This document shows positions 41,337 through 52,100 of a stretch of 64,000 nt of DNA, in pieces (positions within the stretch are counted from its first letter, which is position 1; each line of letters starts with the position of its first letter). The notes under the pieces were generated by a model that was not told where the DNA came from, did not search any database, and saw nothing but the letters and a program-made list of their open reading frames with translations. The translations under genes were made by a program, and so were the position numbers. This DNA is from Nitrosopumilus sp. (GTDB lineage: Archaea > Thermoproteota > Nitrososphaeria > Nitrososphaerales > Nitrosopumilaceae), in assembly GCA_963667665.2 (NCBI GenBank), contig OY763927.2:1056001-1120000 (forward strand). Direction: 5' to 3'.

Positions 41337-42221
41337 TTACGCTCCTGAAACTATCTCAAGTATATCATTACAGGATTTTTGGATTTGTTCTGCCTGTTGT
41401 AATAATAGGTTAGAATCAGCTTCAATATCAAAGGCAACCTTCAGAATATGGATTAAATCTTGTTCTCTGTTCAAAGAATTCTTGATTTTTATAAAATTTT
41501 CTTTGTTGAGGTAACAAAAATAGAAATAACAATCAGAAAGCATTGAATTTTCTACAAAGAAATCATGTTTTTGTTGAATAATTTGAGAATGGTTATTTTT
41601 TTCTACCAAATCAGAAAACCCGATTGTGGATTTCAACATACGTTCAAGTAAAGTTAGAGTAGCCCTCTCAATTCCAACTGTTTGAGTGACAACTGAGATG
41701 TATTCATTGATTGAACTTTTTTTTAATTTCCTAAGCAGACCCAACATATGAGAAGGACTAGATCTTTGGTGATTTAGAGAAGATAAGGCATCAGCTAAAT
41801 AGTAAGAAGCACATTTTTGCCAACATGGGGCAAAAACATCAGATGATTGAATTGCTTCTTTAGTTTTTTGACAACAAAACATAGATTCAATCAAACAATT
41901 TTTTGCAAAATCATTAAACAGTGAAGAACGTTTTTTCTCAATTTTGGATAGTAACATTCGCAGTTCCCATGATTCATCTTGGATTATTTGCAAGTTGTCA
42001 TATTGAAGAAGTTTTTGAGATAGTGTTTCAGATAAAGATGCATGATGAATAATTACAAATTCATCTCCAGATTTAACAATTTTTTCTGGTTCTGATTTTT
42101 CATCAAAAGCAACAACATCATAAGGACATGAATCAAAATGAAGATCAGAGATTTGACAACCACCCAAACCAATGGGAAAGTTAGATAATCCATTTTCTGC
42201 TATAAATTTTTCAATATCCAT
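41337..42221 (-). CDS. Hypothetical protein, degenerate Pol-beta nucleotidyltransferase-like N-terminus
   Basis: IGLGGC-x7-DSCPYDVV resembles hG[GS]..DxD with substitutions. Confidence 0.55.
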   Translation of the reverse strand: MDIEKFIAENGLSNFPIGLGGCQISDLHFDSCPYDVVAFDEKSEPEKIVKSGDEFVIIHHASLSETLSQKLLQYDNLQIIQDESWELRMLLSKIEKKRSSLFNDFAKNCLIESMFCCQKTKEAIQSSDVFAPCWQKCASYYLADALSSLNHQRSSPSHMLGLLRKLKKSSINEYISVVTQTVGIERATLTLLERMLKSTIGFSDLVEKNNHSQIIQQKHDFFVENSMLSDCYFYFCYLNKENFIKIKNSLNREQDLIHILKVAFDIEADSNLLLQQAEQIQKSCNDILEIVSGA

Positions 42222-42324
42222 GAAATTAGTATCGTTGATTTTTCTATAAAGGAATCAACTTACAAAATTTTACAAATTCATTCAAGCATTTCCTTTAAAT
42301 TGAGATTGAGATTGTTTTTATCAG

Positions 42325-42399
42325 GCTCCTATAGTGTAGTCCGGTTAAGCATTTTGGCTTCTCAAGCCAAAGACTCGGGTTCAAATCCCGATGGGAGCA
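42325..42399 (+). tRNA. tRNA-Glu(CTC)
   Basis: GCTCCTA/TGGGAGC acceptor, TTGGC/GCCAA stem, CTC anticodon, GTTCAAATC T-loop. Confidence 0.94.
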
Positions 42400-42401
42400 T
42401 T
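42384..42401 (+). repeat. attL-like 18-bp direct repeat (tRNA 3' end)
   Basis: aatcccgatgggagcatt, identical at 58241-58258. Confidence 0.9.
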
Positions 42402-42443
42402 ACTCTTCAAAGTCTTAAAATAGATGTATTAGGCATAAAAGTC

Positions 42444-42599
42444 ATGTTAGATTTAGACTATGAAAAGGTCTCAAGTGGCGGTAAACCATATGACCAATTC
42501 TTAGGGGGGATAAAAAGTCAAAAAACCAAAAGAAATTACTGCAAAAACATCCAGCGATTCTTAGATGAAATACCAGATTCCATATATCTCAAAGTTTAA
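42444..42599 (+). pseudogene. Tyrosine integrase N-terminal stump
   Basis: PYDQFLGGIKSQKTKRNYCKNIQRFL resembles integrase N-terminal helices; 45 bp after the tRNA; stops after 51 aa. Confidence 0.6.
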
Positions 42600-42995
42600 C
42601 ACATCCCCAACATCAAAACCCCGTGAAATAGTGAATTCATTATACTGAGTAGTCATAGAATGAGGATTATAATGATTATAAGCATAATAAACACGTTCAG
42701 TAGGAATACAAACATCCCCTGTACCATCACCATCTAAATCTTGTAACCCACCTTGAGTAACACCTAATTCAATCCATTCACCATTTCCTAAAATTATCCA
42801 TTGCGTAGCTACAGCAACATTAGTCAAACAGTCATCAGATTTGATAAACATGTCAGGAACATGAAGTTGGTATTTTATACCATCAAAAATAGGTGTAGCA
42901 CTTAATTGATTAACTTGAGCATAACAATGGGGTGATATACAAGGAGAAGTATCAGCAAAGTTCAATCCAATAAACGATACAAAAACAATCATCAA
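42561..42995 (-). pseudogene. Secreted protein, 3'-truncated
   Basis: Signal peptide, HCYA, W-x7-WIELG; ends inside the integrase stump. Confidence 0.55.
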
Positions 42996-43014
42996 AGAAA
43001 AAATAAGGAAGATT

Positions 43015-43942
43015 TTATTCAGGAATTACAACTCCTTGAATAGAATTAGCAATTTTTACACCTTCATCATAATCCAAGTCTCCATTATATCGAAAAGACA
43101 CATAATATTCTTCAAAAGGTATTTCTACATAAAATCCAGGAAATTCATTATTAGGTTTTTTTATTCCAAAATAACCATTGGTTTGATTTACAATTAGTTC
43201 AGAAATTTCAGCATCAGTGTATCCAAAGGATTGGCTCGTAAGATGTCTTTTTCTATTTTCAAATGAATCAGATATAGAGTCTGTTTTTGGGTATACACTA
43301 TACAGTATGCCAGTAGCGTCCATAACATTGCTTTCAGTAGTTGCATCAGTATAGGTAAATGAATCAGGTACAAACTGCATAATTAATCCATGTTTAATTT
43401 CACTGTCATAATTATGCCAGTCATGAAGAGAATAACCCAATTTATAACCTTGTGGGATATAATCAGGAATCCAATCAGTTGTAATAAATTCATAAGTAGT
43501 AGATTGTCTAGCGGTTTGTTTTGAAATTTGTTTTGCTGTTTGTAATTCTTGTAAAGTCTGTGTAGTTTCTTCATAAGGTTCTGTATAATTTCTATTAAGT
43601 AATGGGAGTTCTACTGGTCCACGTTGTAATGGTTGGGTCACATTCATATTTGAAATTTCTTTTAATTCCTCTGATATAATTAATGAAAATCCTCTATCAA
43701 GAAGTTTTTCAACAGAGTTTTCATTTACACAAGCTGGGGTATTTCTTGCAGACTCTAACAGTATTTTAGAATCACTGCACAATATTTGGTTTATTGGTAT
43801 TCCTTGCTGGTATTGCTTGTATGGAGATATAGTAATTTTTCACTTTCACCAAAAGCTGAAAAATCATTTACTGCAAGTAGAGATAATACAGCTAATGCCA
43901 CCAATGTAATTGCTGAAAATATTTTTGATATTAGAAATTCAT
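43015..43942 (-). pseudogene. Secreted protein with SPYKQ..C..PACV..EKLLDRGF module, frameshifted
   Basis: 1-bp loss in T-run ~43836-43840 versus the copy at 47417-47422; second shift near the ATG at 43942. Confidence 0.75.
43687..43928 (-). repeat. 242-bp copy 1 of signal peptide + Cys module
   Basis: Matches 47268-47510 except one synonymous substitution (43759/47340) and one indel. Confidence 0.93.
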
Positions 43943-43991
43943 AGTATATAAGAGAATAAAAGATCGATCCTTTTGACGATGATCGCTAATA

Positions 43992-44474
43992 TTACCAAAA
44001 GTCACAATACTTTTTTTGGAACTCTGGGAAACTAACTATTTGAACTGCATTACACTCAGGTATTTCTAATCTTTCACATATATAGTCATTATTTCTTTGA
44101 AGCTCTTTTTCTCGCATCTCATACAATCCTATACAGTCAAGCATCGTTTGAATGTCAGATGTATTATTTAGAGAAAATATACGAGCACTTGAATAACAAG
44201 GCCAAGGGTCATCTCCCGTATCCAGATTACCGTTGAGAAAATTACTCTTGGCAATATCTGCATCACCTAGACATCTTTCATGAGGAAATAAACTCGTAGC
44301 TGGCCAAGTTAGATTATCAACGGAATAAAGGTAATTACTAAACGATATTCAATTAGTTTCACAGATTTGTACTCCATTAAAAAATAAACAGTTATGAGGA
44401 TAAAATAATACTATACATAAAATTACAACGAGAGTTAAAAGTGATAGTAAAATAATTTTTTTATTTACAAGCAT
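43992..44474 (-). pseudogene. Membrane-anchored Cys-containing protein with in-frame TGA at codon 42
   Basis: MLVNKKIILLSLL..CETN*ISFSNY..YCDFW, single frame, TGA at 44349-44351. Confidence 0.7.
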
Positions 44475-44478
44475 TGTT

Positions 44479-44871
44479 TTATTTTCTGACTATACTATAA
44501 TCAAAATTCGCAAAGACAATACTCATATCCTCATTAAACTTTTCATATCACTCATCAGTAATTTCTCCAATCTCAAACATAACCTCCGGTCTTTCATCTC
44601 CAGATAGTATGCCATATGATTCCAAGCTAACACCACTAAATGCAACTTGTAATTCATAGTATTCAATTGGCCTATTCTCCATTATACCATCAAGATGGTT
44701 TCTTATTGTCTGTAGGTTTTGTTCTGAATCATCCTGAGAATAAGCAGTTAATGTTGCAGGAGCATCGACATAGAAAGTCTCAGTTTATTCTGGGATTAAA
44801 AATGATATAATAGTTCCTGCAATTATCCCAGCAACAAGTATGAGAGTAATTTTCTTTACTGGAACTGCCAA
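44479..44871 (-). pseudogene. Membrane-anchored protein with in-frame TAA (codon 29) and TGA (codon 108)
   Basis: MAVPVKKITLILVAGII..LIPE*TETF..TDE*YEKF..VRK; ends 4 nt before the next ATG. Confidence 0.7.
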
Positions 44872-44975
44872 TGATTAATGAAAATCATACTATAATATAA
44901 AATTAGAGATATTGATGATGATCGCTGTTTTTATTGTAATGTCAGTCATATTTATTATTAGAAGTTAAAAAATGA

Positions 44976-45209
44976 TTAATTAGTATTTTTGAATGCATTT
45001 CTCATAATCTTCCAAATTACAACTGCTAATACTGCAGTATTTACTGTAAAGAAAATCAATATTGTAGGGTTTTGTATGACGTGGGATATTCCCCACATCT
45101 GAGAATCTATACTCAATTGTGCTGCAAAAACTATAGATCCATATGCTAATAGTATGATTCCGCAGAATCCTAGTAATAGTCTAAAATAAAAAAAATTATT
45201 GTCCCCCAG
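44976..45209 (-). CDS. Small two-TM protein (start uncertain)
   Basis: FFYFRLLLGFCGIILLAYGSIVFA..ILIFFTVNTAVLAVVIWKIMR; only a CTG start is available. Confidence 0.4.
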   Translation of the reverse strand: MGDNNFFYFRLLLGFCGIILLAYGSIVFAAQLSIDSQMWGISHVIQNPTILIFFTVNTAVLAVVIWKIMRNAFKNTN

Positions 45210-45537
45210 AAGGATTTACAAAGTTTGAACAACTACATATCAAACATTTCAATGCTTCATGTTCTGCCCTGGAATGGCCACACTTGCATATTTTCAACCT
45301 ACGCCTTTCTTCCATAATTGCATTTCTTCTAGTCATTACTTCATCATATGTCATTCCTAAATGCTTCCAAGTCCGTATTTCTAATATAGGGATGTTACTA
45401 CATAAGATGTTTAATATTTGTACACATACACGTTCGTTGTCAGTTTGTGGTTTATCTAGTAATTTTTTCATGTGTAATAACATGCCATGCTCACGTTTAA
45501 TTGTAATAATTAATTTTTCTTTATCAGTTAAATACAT
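45196..45537 (-). CDS. Small protein with CxCGH-x4-H-x4-CxxCxC zinc motif
   Basis: CKCGHSRAEHEALKCLICSCSNF. Confidence 0.65.
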   Translation of the reverse strand: MYLTDKEKLIITIKREHGMLLHMKKLLDKPQTDNERVCVQILNILCSNIPILEIRTWKHLGMTYDEVMTRRNAIMEERRRLKICKCGHSRAEHEALKCLICSCSNFVNPSGGQ

Positions 45538-45575
45538 GATTTAATAATTTTATAAAAAAATAAAAAGGTTTTAGG

Positions 45576-46318
45576 CTATGCAACCCTATGTAAGCCGCGC
45601 CAATCATCATTGCCTGATGTATCTTCACTTGAATTTGATTCGTAGTTTGTATCTACTCTCCAACTTAGTAGATCACCATCATCTAGACCACAATTGCAAG
45701 TTTGTGTAATATCACCTGATGCATAATTGTTATCTTGTACAATTGTACAAGATTCTCTTTCAGTGATATTCCTCACATTCATAGTTATCAATTCAAAAGA
45801 TACGGTATTACAAAATGGATGAAACCACCCTACACTTTTTTCATCAGCTACATCCCATTGCCAAGAAATTATATCTATGTTTGTGTCAATAGTTCCTCTA
45901 ACAGTACTAGTTGTAGAAGAATCCCAATTAGAGCAGGCTGTATGGTCATCTGTTATGCGGATTGTATTGCCTTCTGTGATTGCTCTTGCAGAGGATGTAT
46001 CACTAGGTGAGTATGATTCCTCTTGTGCTACTAACCTACCAACCATAGATTCTATAGCATCCATTGTGCGTTCAGTTGTAGTTATTTTTCCTTGTATTGT
46101 GGTTTTTTCATCTTCTGATTCTGTATTTCGCAGGTCTTGTTTTAACTGCTGACGTTTGGCTTCAAGTGAATTGAATCTATCTATTAGTTCATCGATTCTA
46201 TCACTTATGTTATATCCTGCTGATTTTTCTGCATCTGCAAATTGATGCTACTAAATGGAAGTATCATAGCTGCAATCAAAGATGCAAATAGAATCGTTTT
46301 GAAGTTATTATTTCTCAT
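45576..46318 (-). pseudogene. Secreted protein with KTILFASLIAAMILPFS signal peptide, frameshift at codon ~25
   Basis: 1-bp deletion ~46245 separates the signal from FADAEKS..coiled coil..Cys domain (ORF 45576-46064). Confidence 0.75.
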
Positions 46319-46834
46319 TAGATCCTACACATATAATTATGATAAAAGCATGACGATCAGAATTATAATTGTTAAGTATTGTTGAGATATGGTTTGTGTA
46401 TATTTAGTAGATTATTTGATTTATGTTAGATTTTTCTCAATCTCATATGTTGTATTTGGAAAGCATTATGATGGAGTAGGAATATAACCATTAAAACTAA
46501 TAACTGAGAAAAACAATACTAAAACAATGGATCAATATGAAAACTTTACAGATACAGTTTGATGAATCTGTCAAATATTCAAATTTAATCAAAGGAGTCA
46601 GTCTATTTTGAAAATTAATCAAAAACATTCCAGTTATCATAGATATCAAGTGTGGGTGTTCATTCCATTATCCGCATAATGTCCTTCAAGGGTCGTTGTG
46701 TCTTGGTATCTATGGTAGCACATTTTTAGAATGATTAATTTTTAAAAATTGCAACTATTAATTAAAAACATAGATGAATTAAATCCATTTGAATTAACGT
46801 TTGGATTAAAATATAATTTTTGTAATGTTATAAT

Positions 46835-47164
46835 ATGAAAAAATGTCCCAGATGTGATACAATATCAGGTGCTCTCTCTGATGTTGTAAGAATGATGTAT
46901 TATCCTGCAAGAGAAGAAGATGATGAATACTGTATGAAATGTGGTGGTGAATTGTTAGATAATATTCCTAATATTTGCACAAACTGTAATGAGCCAAGAC
47001 GTCTGGCAAATACAATAGTAAACCCAACATTAGTGGAGAATGACTATGTCAGATATTGTCATGTGTGCGGGAATGATGATACCAGGATAAAGTGTAAGGA
47101 ATTGAAAATGTTTCACCTACAGATAGAGAGGTTGGGATATCTATTGTGTATAATGCAGGTATGA
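46835..47164 (+). CDS. Multi zinc-ribbon protein (4 x CxxC), 3' end probably disrupted
   Basis: CPRC, CMKCG, CTNC, CHVCG; overlaps the convergent chimeric ORF. Confidence 0.6.
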   Translation: MKKCPRCDTISGALSDVVRMMYYPAREEDDEYCMKCGGELLDNIPNICTNCNEPRRLANTIVNPTLVENDYVRYCHVCGNDDTRIKCKELKMFHLQIERLGYLLCIMQV

Positions 47165-47510
47165 ATTTTGAAGTACCATGTCCTTTGGATTCTATTCCAC
47201 CCCCAGAATAAACATACTTTTCAGAATTCATCTCAAAACTAACAGGTGATGTTGTTGTAACCATAACAAATCCTCTATCAAGAAGTTTTTCAACAGAGTT
47301 TTCATTTACACAAGCTGGGGTATTTCTTGCAGACTCTAATAGTATTTTAGAATCACTGCACAATATTTGGTTTATTGGTATTCCTTGCTGGTATTGCTTG
47401 TATGGAGATATAGTAATTTTTTCACTTTCACCAAAAGCTGAAAAATCATTTACTGCAAGTAGAGATAATACAGCTAATGCCACCAATGTAATTGCTGAAA
47501 ATATTTTTGA
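47049..47510 (-). pseudogene. Truncated secreted protein starting with repeat copy 2
   Basis: SKIFSAITL..EKLLDRGF then unique sequence ending ~47085; no own start codon, fused in frame to the upstream gene. Confidence 0.65.
47268..47510 (-). repeat. 243-bp copy 2 of signal peptide + Cys module
   Basis: Near-identical to 43687-43928. Confidence 0.93.
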
Positions 47511-48393
47511 ATGGTTATTCAAATTAATAAAATACCAATTAAAGATAGATATGTTCATTTTTTTGCTGTTTGGAAGTGATAATTTTTTATGAGATATATT
47601 TCCTATTCCCAAAGTTTCATAAAATTTGTCTTTTTCAGTACAGTTTATGGTAAATGCCTTATCATCATATGAGCAAAAAAACACACCTGTTGTTGGTTTT
47701 TTTGGATAATATTCGATATTATTTCCAAAGGCATCTAGCTTGTTCAATGATTGTTTTTTGATTTCCTGAGAGGCAAAAGTAATAGGATCATCACTTGGTA
47801 AAATGTATAACGAAAAACCAGTTTTGATTTTAGGAAATTCTGGATTTTTTTCTTTAATGTAATCAAAAAACTTGATTACAATTTTTCAAATAATGTTGAT
47901 TTTAGTTTATTGCCTTCAAGTATTTTATGTTTACAATAAACATCATACAATGGTTCATTATTCATAAAATATCTTTGAGAAGCAATTTTAAAATTAATAT
48001 CAAAGGCATTGATTTCTTGCTCAAAATCAGGGATGCTTAATCTTGCAAAATAACCCTTTTTTTATCACCTAACGTGATTTCTCCAACAATACTGTCTTTC
48101 TTTTTGAATGCCTTTATGTATCCTGGAATTACTACATATGGTTTTGGTGAGTTTGATGCAACTTTTTTGTTTGGTAGATTCAAAGATGCCTCTATATCAA
48201 GTGGCATATTAAACTGCTTTACCATCAGACTCCCAACTGTAGATGATGGGAGTGTTTTTACTCCATATTGTTCAATGGTTTTATCATCAATTATAATGGC
48301 GTTGTTTTTTACAAATATTTTTTTAATTGGTATACCATTTCCAGGCTCCAAACCTGTGTTGTTATTTTCCTGAAATATTGTATGCACTAACAT
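47511..48393 (-). pseudogene. ~295-codon cytoplasmic protein fragment, possibly Cas8b (TM1802/Csh1)-like
   Basis: Continuous after restoring 1 bp in the A-runs at ~48060 and ~47884; motif FFCSYDDKAF..FYETLGIG..FNWYFI; family call tentative. Confidence 0.4.
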
Positions 48394-48406
48394 ATAAAAA
48401 ATTGAT

Positions 48407-49130
48407 ACTGTAAAGATTGGTTCATCATATTATGCTATAGTTGCATCTGTTGAGGATCACGGTGTTCAGATAATGAATATTACAAACCCTGCAAATGTTA
48501 TTCCAACTGATTCTGTGAGAGATGGAGAAGAAGGATTTGATGTTCTAGCTAGGACTGATTATGTTACTACAGTAAAGATAGATTCTAAAACATATGCACT
48601 TGCATCATCTAGTTTTGATAATGGCATTCAGATAATGAACATTACAGATCCTGCAAATATTACCCCAGTTAATTCTGTAAAGGATGGAGAAAATGGTTTT
48701 GATACACTTAATGGAGCTCGAGGTATTGCCACTGTAAAAATAGATTCTAAAACTTTTGCTTTGGTTGCATCTAGTTTTGATAATGGAGTTCAGGTTATGG
48801 ATATTACAGACCCTGCAAATGTTATTCCAACTGATTCTGTGAGAGATGGAAGAGAAGGATTTGATACACTAGATGGTGCCTATGATATCACTACTACTGT
48901 TATAGGTACTCAGACTTTGGCTCTAGTTACATCTTTAGATGATCACGGAGTTCAGATAATGAACATTACAGATCCTGCAAATGTTACTCCTGTTTATTCC
49001 ATAAAGGATGGGGAAAACGGTTTTGATGTTCTTAAGGATGCAAGGGATATTACTGTAGTAGTAATTGATTCTAAAACTTTTGCTCTTGTTACATCTGCTG
49101 GAGATGACGGTGTTCAGATTATTAGTGTTG
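48407..49130 (+). repeat. ~4 LVIVD-like 58-aa (174-bp) repeats
   Basis: IT.PAN..P..SV.DG..GFD.L..A..I.TV.I.S.T.ALV.S..D.GVQIM. Confidence 0.85.
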
Positions 49131-52100
49131 TAGAGCCTAGGCATTATACTTTAGAAATATCAGAGAGTATTGGAATATTAGATTCAGTAAATACCAAAGC
49201 AGACAGAGTTCTTTTTCTCTCTGATAGTTTAGGAATTGCAGATTCAGTACAAGTTACAAAGATAGAAGCTGTTCTAGAACCAAAATATTATGAATTAGAG
49301 TTATCTGATAGTGTTGCATTTTCTGATTCAGTTGATGTAAGAAAAATATCATTTATGCCAGAACCCAAACTACACAGTTTAGAGTTATCTGATAGTTTAA
49401 TAATATCAGACTCTGTGGATATAATAAAAATTGCAAAACCCAAAGTTTTTGAAATTAGTTTAACTGACGTATTATCCATATCAGATGATGTAACAATATC
49501 CAAAATAGATTCGCCCCCCCCCCCGTCTATAGCTTATACTATAACATTAAGTGACTCTATAACAATAGATGATAGTGTAGTTGTGTTTTTTGATTCATCT
49601 CCACAGTTTTTCAGTATACAATTATCAGATAATTTAGGAATATCTGACTCTGTTGATGTTACAGTAAACAAATCAATAACATTGTCTGATAGTATCACAA
49701 TTTCAGATTCTGTTAAAGTGGTAAAGATAAAAGCTGTTAAAGAACCAAAGCACTATGAATTAGAATTAACTGATATCTTAGAGATAGTAGACTCTGTAAA
49801 ACATAGTTTGAATAGAAACATTACATTAACTGAGGACATTATAATTGATGATTCAATTGATGTTACAAAGATAGAAGCTGTTCTAGAACCAAAACATTAT
49901 GAATTAGTGTTATCTGATAGTTTAGAAATATTAGATTCAATTGATGTTACAAAGATAGAAGCTGTTCTAGAACCAAAACATTATGAATTAGAGTTATCTG
50001 ATAGTTTAGGAATATTAGATTCTGTTAAAATAACAAAGATAGAGATTGTGCCAGAACCTAAAAATTATGAATTAGTGTTAGTTGATAGTTTAGAGGTCGC
50101 TGACTTTGTTGAAATAATAAAGAAAGAAGATGTTAGGGAATCTAAAAATTATGAATTAGAGTTAACTGATAGCTTAGAAATATTGGATTCTGCTGATGTA
50201 ACAGTAAATAGATCAATAACACTCTCTGATAGTATTATAATTACTGATTCTGTAAAAATAACAAAGATAGAATTCATTGCAGAACCTAAGAATTATGATG
50301 TAATGTTAGCTGATAGTCTAAGTATTACAGGCATTGTTGAAGTAGCAAAAGTAGAGTTTGTACCAGGACCTAAGAATTATGATGTAATATTATCTGATGG
50401 TTTAGCAATTACTGACTCTGTAGAAATAATAAAGAAAAAGCTTGTACCAGAACGTAAAACATACAGTCTAGAATTATCTGATAGTTTAGAAATAGCTGAC
50501 TCTGTAGAAATAATAAAGAAAGAGCTTGTACCAGAACGTAAAACATACAGTCTAGAATTATCTGATAGTTTAGAAATATCTGATTCTGTTAGTGTAACAA
50601 AGTTGGAGTTTGTACCAGATCCTAAAAATTATAATTTACAGCTAGTTGATAGTTTAGAAATTAATGATTCAGTTAAAGTGGTAAAGATAGAAGCTATACC
50701 AGAACCAAAAATATACAGTCTAGAGTTATCAGATAGTATTGGAATTAATGATTCAGTTAAAGTTACCACGATAAAAGCTATTCCAGAACCTAAAATATAC
50801 AGTCTGTTACTAATAGAGAATTTAGAAATATCTGACTCTGTAGAAATAATAAAGATAGAAGCTGTTCTAGAACCAAAACATTATGAATTAGAAATAGTTG
50901 AGGAAATAGGAATTATTGACTCTATTAATGTAATAAAAATAGAAGCTATATCAGAGCCTAAAAGTTACAAAATAAAATTAACTGATAAATTAGAGGTATC
51001 AGATTCTGTTGAAAAAACACAGATACAGTTTGTGACAGAACCTGAAATGTACAAGCTAGAGTTAGTTGATAGCTTAGAAATACAGGATAATCTTGAGGTA
51101 ACAAAAATAGATGCGATGCAAGAACCTGAAATGTACAATTTAGAACTATCAGATAGTCTAACAATATCAGATGTTATAGATGCAGTAAAAAAAGAGGCAA
51201 TATTAGAGCCTAAAAATTATGAATTAGTGTTAGATGATAGTTTAGGAATTAATGATTCAATAGATATGACAAAGATAGATACAGTTCCAAAGCCAAAGTA
51301 TTATGATCTAGAGTTAGTTGATAGTATCATAATTTCAGATTCTGTTAAAACTGTAAAAGTAGAATCAGTTACAGCTCCAACATCAGAACCTAGAAAATAT
51401 GATGTAATATTATCTGATGGTTTAGGAATTGTTGATTCTGTAAAGGTAACAAAAATAGAATCTGTATCAGAACCAAAGAGTTACAAAATAAAATTAACTG
51501 ATAGTTTAGGTGTTATTGATTCAATAGATGTAACAAAAATAGAATCCGCAATAACATCAACTCCAGCCCCAATACCAACTCCAGCTCCAATACAAACGCC
51601 AGCTCCAATACCATCTCCAACACAACCAATAATTACAGATAATACAGCACCATCAAAAACACCATCCATTACTCCTAAAACATCAGGCTCTCAAGGTGGC
51701 TCACCCTCATCAAGCTCTGGTGGTGGATTTACAATATCAAGTAATATGATAGTCTGGGATCACTGTAATGATGCAGAAAACTACACCATACTAATTGCAT
51801 CAACATATGGAGACAACCTATACTCTCAGATTAAAAGTTCTGAATCAAGCTATAATGGAATAAATGTAACTGCAGAGACTGATTTTAAAAAGTACATTTC
51901 AAATACAAGAATTCCAATTAACTTTTATGCATTTTCATTTGATGGAATAGACCAGTCAGATATATATGAAATTACCATCTATGATAAAAGTAAAAAGTTT
52001 GTCTCAAGTAAGGTATCCTTTGAGAACTGCTCAGGAAGTGTAATAATCTTTGAGCCAAAAGGAATTGTATTAAATAACTTTGAACCAAATATTTTAGATG

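Noticed and set aside
42300-42599. 99-aa ORF from the track
   Set aside because: Its first half reads through tRNA-Glu; only 42444-42599 looks like protein
44349-44787. In-frame TGA codons as selenocysteine or recoding
   Set aside because: The same genes and neighbours also have TAA stops and frameshifts; TGA is a normal stop in core genes; TGG-to-TGA decay is simpler
43687-47510. 242/243-bp repeat pair as DGR template/variable regions
   Set aside because: Only one substitution and one indel, N-terminal location, and no reverse transcriptase in the window
49142-51550. 84-bp periodicity as a CRISPR array
   Set aside because: Units are degenerate, in frame and coding, with no constant repeat/unique spacer pattern; no array seen anywhere in the window
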